Positions 13,501 through 22,321 of a stretch of 38,910 bases of DNA are shown piece after piece. A model generated the notes under the pieces. The model had not been told where the DNA came from, made no database searches, and saw nothing but the letters and a program-made list of their open reading frames with translations. Source of the stretch: Nemertoderma westbladi. Lineage: Eukaryota > Animalia > Xenacoelomorpha. Every line of letters begins with the position of its first letter. Within the stretch, counting starts at the first letter, position 1. Made by a program: the position numbers and the translations under genes. The stretch covers positions 1 through 38,910 of the forward strand of contig JAUCBJ010003625.1 of the NCBI GenBank assembly GCA_032718475.1, given 5' to 3'.

Positions 13501-14306
13501 AATACAAGTGGGTGATGATTTGGTGCCAATAAGCGAATGGACTAAGAGTCTAGGTGCCATTTTTGATACCAACTTCACAATGGTTAGACATATAAACGCG
13601 ACCGTGCGATGTTGTTTCTTTCATTTAAGAAGAATCGCGAAAATCAGAAACTGTTTTGACAGTCGTACCTTGGAAACAATGGTGCACACGTTCATTACCA
13701 GTAGATTGGACCAAAACAACTCTCTTTATTATGGTCTACCAAAGAACCTTATCGGCAAACTACAGAAAGTTCAAAACGCCTCAGCACGTCTGATAAAACG
13801 CATCCGCAAGAGAGATCCTATTACCCCTACACTGAAGGAATTACATTGGCTGCCAGTAGAGAGAAGGATCGAGTATAAGATTGCACTACTAACATATAAG
13901 TGCGTTAATCATTTGGCTCCAAGTTACTTGGCCGAATTATTGGATCGATATGAACCATATCGTACCTTAAGAACAAGTGGTGCTGGACTGTTACGCATTC
14001 CAACGTGTAGACTTACCTATTATGGTAGACGGTCGTTCTCCTTTGCAGCTCCAACGGTGTGGAACTCACTACCCTCGAAAATCAGAGACTCTCCCACACT
14101 TGATTCGTTTAAGGCTCAGCTAAAAACCCATCTCTTCATAAAGCAATACGGGAATTAAGTTTTTCAGCGTGTTTTTAAACTTTTAAATTCATTAATGACC
14201 GATCTCTTTGTATAGCAATACTTTTTAATGTTTTTAAAAATTTTAAATCGTTAAATTTTGTGCAGTGCAGCGCCTTTGATCATCACGTTAAAAGGCGCTA
14301 TATAAA

Positions 14307-14337
<31 letters not shown>

Positions 14338-17300
14338 CTTAAATTGCATCTGTAGTCATGGTATCCTGTGAAGGAGTGGTGTCTGAAATGCCATTTAGAT
14401 GTCACTTGTTATTTTAAAGTATTGTACTATAGTCACATTATGATTGCTTTTCATTGACCTAAATATTTTGTTAAAGTCATAATTATGAAACAGAGTGAAA
14501 TGAGATTAAAATGATGATAAAGAAAAATATTTCAGACATGGGTATATCTTTGGTACCATATATAACCGTTATAACATAACAGGTTTCGCTCTCAGTATAC
14601 CAAAATTTTCCAAAACTAATATTCATCAACATGTGGAAATTTGTTTTTAAAATAATGATATTGTTCTAGAATGGTAGCTAGTTTTCTAAAACATGTCAGT
14701 TTTCATTTAGCAGCGCTTCCATGGCAACAATATTTATATTCCAGAATGTTATGACACATTTAGCGGCTTTTTTATGTGAGGTATTCTGAGCTTTTTTTCA
14801 AGGATTTTTTTCAAGGTTTTTTTTTAGTTTTTTTTCTAGCTTTTTTTCAAGCTTTTTTTCTAGCTTTTTTTTCAACCTTTTTTTACGCTTTTTTTGAGAT
14901 TTTTTTGAGCTTTTTTTTCTAGCTTTTTTTTTGAGATATTTTCAAGCTTTTTTTGAGCTTTATTCTATAGTTTAGGTTTTACTATTTGAAAAGCAGATTC
15001 ATCTTGAAGCAATTAAATTCTAGAAATTGTTATAACTAAAAAAAAAAAGCTCAAGCGCGAAATGGGCCTTCAGCAGGAGTACCTATATTATATATTCACA
15101 TAGGATTCACTGGGAAGAGATATTCCGCTTGACGACGGGGTAATACCTATAGAAGGAAACTAAATTTATTATTTGGCTCTATTCGTTGTTATTTATCTGG
15201 TTGTGCATCATGGGCATTTTTTATAAATATTCGGTAATCTTATCTTATATCTTGTAAACATGCTTGATAATAAAATTATTTGCTTCATATTATATTTTTG
15301 TTAGTGGTAACTAAGTTTCATTTGTTATTATGTGGGGCGAGCCACAAAGTCAGCTAGCCTCACGCCTTACAGTTTAGACAATTGTTTAGTTTACTTACTG
15401 CTGACTGACATAGTTCTTTGAAATATTCTTGGCTAGGATTCTTCCTCCGGGCTCCTTCCAGCCAGCTTGCTGGCGTTCTAGTAAATTCACAAGTAAATGC
15501 CAATTATATTACAAGACAAACCGAACCCTCTTATTTGTTACACTGATTCCGGGGTCTACCGCATATCCTCGACAGGCCACTGGTTGACCGACAGCAGGTT
15601 CCCTGAGCGAAACCGGAAGTCAAGTGGGAAGGGAGGTAGGCATTCTACTAGGGAATCACCTAATAATCGGATAAGAGGCTTTCGAGTATCTCACACACCC
15701 GACGATCCCTGACCTTTACTGGAGGAGTTCCCTTAAGGCCTGTTTAAACGTGGCAACTTTACTAGCAACTTGGTCGGCAACTTTTAGCGCGCAACTTGGC
15801 TAGTTTGACTGTAAAATAGTGGGTACTGCTTCAATATGCGTACACCCCTCACCAAATTTTATCTACTAGCTAGTATTTTATAATTTCTTTTTTTGAAATG
15901 TTAGCTATTTTATTTTGAAAAAGTTAACATTTTTTAGACCAAGGCCTGGTTTGTAATTAAAAAGCATTAAAATTTATGGTAGCTAATAAATAATAAAAGC
16001 AATGATAAAAGTAATTTTTAGAAGAATTTTTTTTTCAAATTTTAAATTTTTATTGTTTCACTACTGTAGCTAATAAAAAGTACTAGCTAACACAAAATCT
16101 AGATCTAAATGAAAAAATCTAAAATCTAAATCTATAACACAAAAGCTACAATCTTACTGTCAGAAGGTCAAATATTTGTTCGAGAACAAAAACCTGATGA
16201 TAAATGATGAAAAAATTTGACTTCTGGATTTCTCTCACAAAATTTCAAATTATCGTATTATCGTATTATATTATTATCGTATTGTTCAAATTATCAAAAT
16301 ATCAAAAAATTTCTCGAATACTGCTTAATTTAATTTGATTATGCCGCTTTAATCCTCGCAAATTCCTTCAAGTTGCCGTAAAAGTTGAGCAACTTTTACA
16401 GCTACGTTTTTTCAGCAACTTACGTGTTTACACGGAGCAACTTTATCGGCTACCGGGGTTGCTCTACAAGTTGCCCAGAAAGTTGCTCTAAAAGTTGCCA
16501 AGTGTAAACAGGCCTTTACACCAAGAAACATATTTCCCTTTAAACCAAAACATTTTCATTGATATATATATACATCATACTAACCTTACTATGTATATCA
16601 TGCCATGGTTCTCTGGGGCCACATTCCGCTTTAACAACAGCGCAATTCTGACGGAAATCACCACAGTGTGTAGTTCGCAAAGTTTTAAACAAGGAATGGA
16701 GAGGAGTATCATAACGTCCATTTGTCAGATCCAAGCCACCCACGAAACCAACCAATCGCCTGCGACCATCTCCAGCCAACCCATCATCATCGCAAATAAT
16801 CGTCTTTTGGTGGTGGGAGAAGCTTGTTGATGCTGCATGCTTATCTAACATACTTCGCAATTTGCTGACTGGTGTTTCAGGGTAATTCTTAAACCGTCCA
16901 GCTAGTTTAACTTCCACTTTCGTCCCTTTAAAGAACTTTCGCGTGTCTTCGTCATGTGTGTTCATCATTCCAGCTGTAATTGAGGTACTGGTCTTCTCAT
17001 TCCACAACAACATCAAACATTTGACTCCTTCCGAAGCTTTCTCCTTGAGTAATTGACCTAATGTGCACTGTGATTTCCCCTCACCTCTTTGCAACCGGAT
17101 TTGTGTGTATAATGACCATCCTGTTATGTATATGAATCGTTGGGCCTCCCGTAAGGCTTTCGCTACATCATCCCAAGCACTAGACATCATGTAACGGCCA
17201 TTATGCATCAGAATATCTGGGTTATCCGAAAAACCCTCTTCAACACATGCGTCTTGGTAAAGAGTTACCCGGCAACCACGACGTAATGGGAAGTACATAT

Positions 17301-20185
17301 CAGGTACCTCCTGGTCGCGAGGTAACGCCCAAGGCGGGATGAACTGAATACTGAACTCCAAGGTTGCATTCTGAATGGGATTCCCTTTGTTGTCAACAAG
17401 ATTAACGACTTCTTTTATCAGTTGCCCACTCTCTACGGCATGAGCCGGCATATTGTGTTTCCTAATATAAATGAACAAAAATTATAACTAAATTATATGA
17501 TACAGTAGTGTATACCAGTAAAACCACCTACAATTGATATTGTAACACCAATGATTTGATGTAATTAGACTGTTTGGGTTGTTTGTTTTTGCATAGTCGA
17601 ATAATGATGCATACAATAGTAACAGCCGGGTAACTTTGGACACATGAACCTTTATCATACATATTTTAGTGCGGTGCAAATAGGTATTTTCTAGTGTGAA
17701 AATAATTCAGAAAATTTTATCTTATTTGCGTAGCCCCTCTGTGTTAAATCGTATGAAATGTGACCAGATTTGTGTCATACTTGTGATCACACCCACGGAT
17801 GGGCTGGAAATATATCCACTATCCTACAATATACTAAGTACTTCTTCAATAGCTTGGTGATAGTTACTGTACGTACAACACATAACCTACCCTAATAATT
17901 CACTACCGATTCGGTCTTTGTCTTTAACAGCAAATTCTACTGTGCTACACTTATTACCAACATCGATAGAGTGTTTCTCATTCCACTTGGGATTCAAATC
18001 GTCATTAATCACCATGGTTTTTATGACTCGCGCTTTGCCAAGCAACACCACAACGTAAGGGTCGCTGAGATCCTTCCTAGACAGGTGAAAACAATAAAGT
18101 TAAACAACATGGCGTTAACAGAAGCCTTTGTTTGGCCAGCGGCCTTAGCTTCAGAATTATAACCGTACACTATTATCTGGACATCAATAATCTATACTGA
18201 TTTGGCAACATTCGTTTGATATTCTTTACGCACGGTAAGTATAAGCCTAATTAATCACAAAAAAAACGGAGTATAAATTTTATATAACTGCAATAAACCA
18301 CATTAACCACTGCAGACGGGTACTAGTGCAGTATGTGTAGGCCTACTCTCATTTTAGGCTCCATGTAAGCGTTCATTTTTAAGCGGCCCTCTATGGGTTC
18401 AAATCGACCACTGCAGTTCCAATGAACAACCACATGCAACCATTAAAAGCCTATAATGATAATGCTTTCCTATATAATATCGCGGCATTACTATGATATG
18501 GATACCCACATTCTGACCAAATTTTTCATAAGAAAATGACTTTTATCATGAGGATTTTTGTTCTAGAACAAATATTTGACCTTGTGACAGTAAGATGGGA
18601 GCTAGTTATTTTAATTTTATAGTCATTATTTACTAGCTAATTTTTTATACAAAATATTGATTGATGTCTGTAAAAATACACAGTTAGTATTGTATTATTC
18701 AAAAATGCCAATAATATAGATATAAAAAACTGTGTCTTTTGACAGACATCAATGTTTTGTATAACAATTTTGTCGACCGAAGGTCAAATATTTGTTCTAG
18801 AACAAAAATCCTCAAAATTGGTCAATAGGTAGGTACCAAAAATTTGGCTTTGTAAATTATAAAACACTAGCTACCATAAAAAAAACAATAGCTAACGTCC
18901 CCCAGAAGATGACATTTGTTCTAGTACAAAAAAGCTCATGATAATAATCATTAACATGAAAAATTTGGTACCCATAACATAGTAATGACCCAGCTAGTAA
19001 TATTAAAAAAATTGGAATAGGATGTACCGTAATTCGGGGTGACTTGATACAGTTTTTGCCTTTAACTGTGAATATCTTCTGAAGTTTTTATCCTACACAG
19101 ATGGAATAAAAATAAAATTTTATAGTCGGGATGAGTACTACACTACTAGACTAAAGCACTATTTCAGGTGCTTAGTCTAGTGGTGTTTTTTTCGTAAAAA
19201 CCAGCTGTATCAAGTCACCCCACATAACGGGGTGACTTGATACACAAGCAAATTTTCCGCAATAATACCACTCTGTGAATGAGTTTGGATCATGTTGTAG
19301 GCTGTGGGGGTGACTTGATACATCTTGGAAATTTTAAAAAAAGAACGAAGTCCCCACCTAACGGGGATATAAAATTATGGCTAAAATTAAAAATAACTCC
19401 ATTTTTTATGGCAAAATATTTCATATTTAACAAGTTAAATTGCACTTTAAAAACGAAAAAGACCTTCATTGTTAATTTTTGAACAACATTAACCCAAAGT
19501 GTCAAAAATTCGACCTATATTTTGACTTTGAAAAAAAGTGAATTTTTGAACAATGCATTCTTGGCTCTAGAGATCACAAATGCGAAGCAATGACAAAATT
19601 TATTTTACTATTTGATAGACAAATTATTCAGACATCTTCTAATATTTCAATTTTTATCATAACATCACGCAATCACCCACAATCCGTTAAAGAAAAAAAG
19701 TATAACTTGCTGTATCAAGTCACCTCAATGTATCAAGTCACCCCGAATTACGGTACGCGTACTGCGCTATATTACCAAACTACTGAGTCAAGTAATGGAT
19801 ATAATTATAAATAAATTACAAATTAAGATAGACAAACAAACATAAATGTGTCCAAATATTATTTTATTTATGTGCTAATTATTTATCATTACTTATTTAC
19901 CTTATTTTTGAGCCATAACTAAGTCGCCTAGCTATAATACTGTGCATTTTACTGTTTCAACTTGTATATTTACTTGTATATTTTACTTATCGCTGATATG
20001 ACTGTGATGTATCCGGACTCCGAATAATATAATAATAATAATAATAACCTGTTGACTTTTCTGAAAAACTTTTTTACTTTACGACTAATGTCTACATCGG
20101 CATCGGGAAGGTTATTTGCTCTTATTATATGAACATTCAACTTTCCACTCAGCTCGATCTCATCACTGGTGTTACTCTGAGCCAT
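3893..20185 (-). CDS. PLD: C2-domain phospholipase D (plant PLD alpha/beta/delta-type architecture), 7 coding exons: join(20185-20049,18076-17891,17461-16585,8882-8716,8481-8236,4865-4659,4550-3893), ~825 aa
   Basis: All six introns are GT-AG with compatible phases (2,2,0,2,2,2); total 2478 nt; C2 (SDPY, NPKWNE, VKDKD), [27 protein letters not shown]1 [34 protein letters not shown]2 [21 protein letters not shown], ends LPDDLTT*. Confidence 0.9.
4659..4865 (-). CDS. PLD: PLD exon 6
   Basis: Acceptor ttttgtAG, donor AG|GTATAT; [15 protein letters not shown]...QEILQWQ.RTMEMMY...[10 protein letters not shown]. Confidence 0.9.
5277..6250 (-). mobile_element. Degenerate CRE-like non-LTR retrotransposon remnants (REL endonuclease C-terminus at 5277-5560; possible RT remnants at ~5980-6090), interrupted by an RTE copy
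   Basis: KY.EL...[15 protein letters not shown]...AFLREV.RRI...[21 protein letters not shown] resembles the CRE-clade restriction-like endonuclease terminus; LKPLQVGVG and AFNTVDR-like peptides further upstream. Confidence 0.6.
5562..5879 (+). mobile_element. 3' fragment of an RTE-clade LINE with (TAG)n tail
   Basis: [24 protein letters not shown]...GG.PKT..R.ILKDTG...MGDRELWR, short 3' UTR, then (TAG)n. Confidence 0.85.
6276..6895 (-). mobile_element. Second, longer 3' fragment of the same RTE-clade LINE, inverted relative to 5562-5879
   Basis: [22 protein letters not shown]...[26 protein letters not shown]; (CTA)n on plus strand at ~6276-6298. Confidence 0.85.
6903..7637 (+). repeat. Dispersed ~740-bp non-coding repeat, copy 1 (copy 2 at 21389-22158)
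   Basis: Near-identical sequence from AAATCTCGATAAAATATATCCAAACTTGGTAC to GATTGCGATTTGGGTTTAG at both loci. Confidence 0.9.
8236..8481 (-). CDS. PLD: PLD exon 5
   Basis: Acceptor tttctAG, donor GTAAGT; [29 protein letters not shown]...HLVPIEI. Confidence 0.92.
8716..8882 (-). CDS. PLD: PLD exon 4
   Basis: Acceptor tgcAG, donor AG|GTTAG; [17 protein letters not shown]...WSVQLFR continues HDIHSK of exon 3. Confidence 0.9.
10022..10900 (+). CDS. LINE ORF1 protein (Cys-rich zinc-finger-like N-terminus, coiled coil, RRM-like domain)
   Basis: CTEC...CGIC; NLIVSGVP...[10 protein letters not shown]...ELR..LR...WIIR typical of CR1/L2 ORF1. Confidence 0.85.
   Translation: MAKAPTKEKSSWTNQSVCCTECDVIWTDIRYMKSTAAAETIKNSDFLCGICAAGTTATLRKQIAELRSKTAIITESISGDGDEDNPISWSSVVSWRKKRQAGGIVQPSNVSIIARELQNEVKLQEEKKNNLIVSGVPTSSDLSDEEIIVDIALDIGVELSTVDVINTKRIAPYSRAKRNQERIGSTQTHNSNAHLRKIVVTLSPENRRLLLQSSKKLKDSLRHGSVYVNPDLTAAERKEQYELREALRQKRVNAPAKQWIIRRNQVVELSNRRSSPAAMRADDSVVAVEGMD
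10904..14158 (+). CDS. LINE ORF2: APE endonuclease + reverse transcriptase (first ATG at 10922)
   Basis: FNPRSV, TETW, GGG, IYRP, GDFN, TLDL, SDH; [32 protein letters not shown]; C-terminal [12 protein letters not shown]. Confidence 0.95.
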   Translation: MDADFEMTSTERVIQTSQVPASPVRAGLVPVSPATMASSPFWAIPALPVRASTVSLVPALPANTASPVLASPVHASTASPVQASATSPEVSDTVSTASVQSPSDPGSTARKINFCLFNPRSVCNKSDFIKDYIVDNNVDVMAVTETWLTGTDDDVWITKNICTLGYRIIHRPRIYRIGGGTALIYKDSLNVKLGSTNNDYVTFEVLELLLHQERSLWRIYVIYRPCPSSKNGLNVGNFMEEFSTFLEHVTTTTGKLLIVGDFNFHVDDKNDKDAQKFLELLDCFGFTQHVNEPTHIAGHTLDLIISPTEESLGTNTIHIRDIGLSDHFTVMFNPDFDSHKHDNLGMKTFRKYSHVDIESFCEDILGSNLACSQTEYSLDNLVTGYHDVLADLLDQHAPLIQVTNNKRPSAPWYSVEIADQKRIRRKLERKKSRRDSNETDKILYREKCKEVADHITRTKQNYYRELVASPGIDTRDLFKVINKTLHREQSTCLPQHDSELDLANNFADYFDGKIQKLQDELDNYNVDYTTQSSTVTDDFNIEQNATFAGSTDIPKPVFDKFDSVSPDDVNDMLKDMKSKTSQTDPIPTWMVKRSISVLLPILVAIVNLSLSLAKFPQSLKDAVLTPILKKLNLNPELLKNFRPVSNLKFLCKLIEKAVAIQLIKHLEINNLYEPLQSGYRKWHSTETVLLRVHNDMLCGIDNGSAVLLIQLDLSSAFDTIEHEKLLNILQRDIGVTGDVLSWFKSYLCDRTQSVSIGSERSRIFKLRYGVPQGSVLGPLLFIIYMQSLGNVIRKHGLSHHIYADDTQIYILFKPEQYLQAKSVTEECLKEIQEWMREHFLKLNTDKTETILLQSRYAAPPHHMNGAIQVGDDLVPISEWTKSLGAIFDTNFTMVRHINATVRCCFFHLRRIAKIRNCFDSRTLETMVHTFITSRLDQNNSLYYGLPKNLIGKLQKVQNASARLIKRIRKRDPITPTLKELHWLPVERRIEYKIALLTYKCVNHLAPSYLAELLDRYEPYRTLRTSGAGLLRIPTCRLTYYGRRSFSFAAPTVWNSLPSKIRDSPTLDSFKAQLKTHLFIKQYGN
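14788..14962. repeat. Low-complexity AGC(T)n repeat tract
   Basis: Repeated (A/GA)GCTTTTTTT units. Confidence 0.7.
15736..16515. mobile_element. PIF/Harbinger-type non-autonomous element (MITE)
   Basis: TIR AGGCCTGTTTA(A/C)AC(G/T)TGGCAACTTT at both ends, TTA duplication (15733-15735 / 16516-16518), subterminal GCAACTT repeats. Confidence 0.85.
16585..17461 (-). CDS. PLD: PLD exon 3 (end of C2, first HKD)
   Basis: Acceptor tattAG, donor AAG|GTTAGT; [70 protein letters not shown]. Confidence 0.93.
17891..18076 (-). CDS. PLD: PLD exon 2 (C2 domain core; not in the supplied ORF track)
   Basis: Manual translation [61 protein letters not shown]; ctAG acceptor, GTAGGT donor. Confidence 0.88.
18486..18987. 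mobile_element. Fold-back/MITE-like element with long imperfect inverted arms
   Basis: CATTACTATG...ATTTTTGTTCTAGAACAAAT at left versus ATTTGTTCTAGTACAAAAA...CATAGTAATG at right; a related segment lies at ~16152-16210. Confidence 0.55.
19027..19753. mobile_element. TA-target (Tc1/mariner/pogo-like) MITE
   Basis: Perfect TIR CCGTAATTCGGGGTGACTTGATACA, TA on both sides; internal copies of GGGGTGACTTGATACA (~19206 inverted, ~19229, ~19307, ~19711 inverted). Confidence 0.88.
20049..20185 (-). CDS. PLD: PLD first coding exon (start of C2)
   Basis: [30 protein letters not shown]...; donor CAG|GTTATT, phase 2 fits exon 2; possible upstream acceptor catcAG at ~20194. Confidence 0.75.
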
Positions 20186-20427
20186 TGGATAGTCTGATGT
20201 AATATAAAATAATAGAGAAGTAATGTAACTTACTACATACAATACAATACGTACAACCAATAACAGTATAATTAAATAAATAAATATATGTAAGATAAGT
20301 TCTAGAATATTTAGTGTTTCCATAATATATTAAAATATTTGAATAATAAGTTACTCTGAGCCATTTGGTTAACATTAATTTATTCCATAATTGTAACATT
20401 AATCAATGCCGTTAGTATTAACTATAT

Positions 20428-20474
20428 TTATTACCCTATTATTGAGTTATTTTAACTCAATAATAGGGTAATAA
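20428..20474. repeat. Perfect 22-bp inverted repeat with 3-nt loop
   Basis: TTATTACCCTATTATTGAGTTA-TTT-TAACTCAATAATAGGGTAATAA. Confidence 0.9.
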
Positions 20475-21388
20475 GTGTGTTATTCCCCATTACCTTCACT
20501 CACCAACGAGTAATTTTTTGCTAAGGCTTCAAACATTTCTAAAAGGGTTTTGTTTGGGGGGAGATGATTAAAAATGGGGCGGGGTATTTTGGGGGGAAAT
20601 AACTATGCATATATATTCTTATCACTATTTTGTTCCTATACTACGAATATGACTTATGGTAGACATTATTTCAGTAATCTTATTTTATGTCAATTATTTC
20701 AGTCATGTTTAATGCTTTCTTATGTGGCCTTTCTACAGTAGAGCAATAAATTTATTAAATTACGTATTTATATAGTAGGTAACAGCGTAAATGTTATAGC
20801 TCTATTTCTCAGATTTATTTCCCAGCTACAGATAAGGGGACTTTCGACATAATAAAAAGCATTGGGCGCATTTTTACTTGCATCCTTAAATGATAGCTAA
20901 ATGAGTACTGGCTTTTCCACTGGGGAGTATAGTTCGAGAGGGACCGCACTGGAATTAAGTCGTCCTACTTTGCACGGAATCCCTGGCCTAACGGCCGAAT
21001 AAAAATTTTACTTTTTTTTTTACTTTTATACCGCTCCAGGGTAAAATCGACGCAGATAACAGCTGATCACTATTAAAAATACAACTGTAACCTTTTCTAT
21101 TGCCTTTCATTTATTGTAATGTATTGTTTTATAATTTATTGTTATTTGTTTAATTTAACATTAAGACGAAATATGAATTCGCCGAGAAGGGTCAAATTTC
21201 AGATTCCAGAAATATCTACATATCCTTTGATGGCATAGGGGCTTATATTACTTACTTGTGGGGCGAGCGTCGAAAGTAAGCGAGCTTAGCATACAGGTAC
21301 CACTAACTCAATCGGTGTGTCTGTTGTTCTGTCGAGCTGTTGTTCTGGCGATCTGTTGTGTCCAATTTTAAACGTTAATAACTCAGCC

Positions 21389-22158
21389 AAATCTCGATAA
21401 AATATATCCAAACTTGGTACACATATAGTCTGGCAAAAGTTTAGAAATTTTCCAAGTTGAATTTGCGTGGAGTCTTCGTGCAGCATCTGTGTAACTGTCT
21501 TACAGTTATAATAAATTTATCTCCCCAAAAATTATTAGGCTTGGCATCAGCTGGTTGCTAGGAGACTATGGGATTACAGTACGGTACCAGTACTGTTAAC
21601 TGTTACAGTGGTACAGAGTTACCAGTACCGTCTTCATGTCGTTGGTAGTTGGCAAGGCCATCTAAACAACAGGCCATGACAAGGACCTAGCCTTTAAAAT
21701 TATTGTAGGCTATCTGCTGATTATGGTACCTAAACCTGAAAACTGTACCTAAGCTCAGAAGCTATATATATACTGTTATTGGGCTTTGGAATAACCCATT
21801 CAGCCTTTTATTTTAACATTGAATCCCCTTATTTATTATAAAACCATCGGAAATATCCGCAAATGCCGCTCCCTTACTGTTTGAAACGCTTCCGACAGTC
21901 CGATGTATCTGGACCCGAGCAGCCAAGTGGTATCAAGATGCGATTAACTGAGGAATAAATACTACGGAATTGCTTGCTTGTCAGTAAGATTATATTTACT
22001 ACACTGGGAATACGGCGGTCGGTCGGATCGTAATGCGGGCCACTGCACTGCCAAGTTCCTCATGCCTCACTCAGGCCACCCACCTTGGAGTGCGGTGGGA
22101 AGAGTCCGACTTACGTCGACGACTGGACGAATCAACGAGGATTGCGATTTGGGTTTAG
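21389..22158 (+). repeat. Dispersed ~770-bp repeat, copy 2 (element probably extends to ~21255 on the left and towards the minisatellite on the right)
   Basis: Direct match to 6903-7637. Confidence 0.9.
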
Positions 22159-22321
22159 CGGCGGCCCGGACAGCCGGATCCTGGGATCACCCGGGGGAAA
22201 TTGCTGAAAGTCGGGCAGACGTGTATCGCACCGGATTACATCCCCTGCCACGCGAAAGTGTGAGGCGAATTCGTTGTCGAATTGGGTCGGAAGCTGCGGG
22301 AATTCTACTGTTCTGCGGGAA

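Larger units (their letters stand above)
10022..14337 (+). mobile_element. Apparently intact L2-clade (CR1 group) LINE, antisense in PLD intron 3 (5' UTR boundary not determined)
   Basis: Two uninterrupted ORFs; 3' stem-loop AGCGCCTTT(14269-14277)/AAAGGCGCT(14291-14299), ATATAAAT, (TAT)n tail to ~14337. Confidence 0.93.

Noticed and set aside
15331-15357. Helitron-like 3' end (TGTGG..CCACA hairpin then CTAG)
   Set aside because: Only a 5-bp stem, not followed by T, and no matching 5' end found
20455-20472. Partial similarity to the I-SceI site (ATAA-t-AGGGTAAT)
   Set aside because: The left half of the site is absent; explained by the AT-rich palindrome
20915-20965. Resemblance of CTGGGGAGTA...GGAATT to an SSU rRNA motif
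   Set aside because: Only ~10 bp match, with no extension
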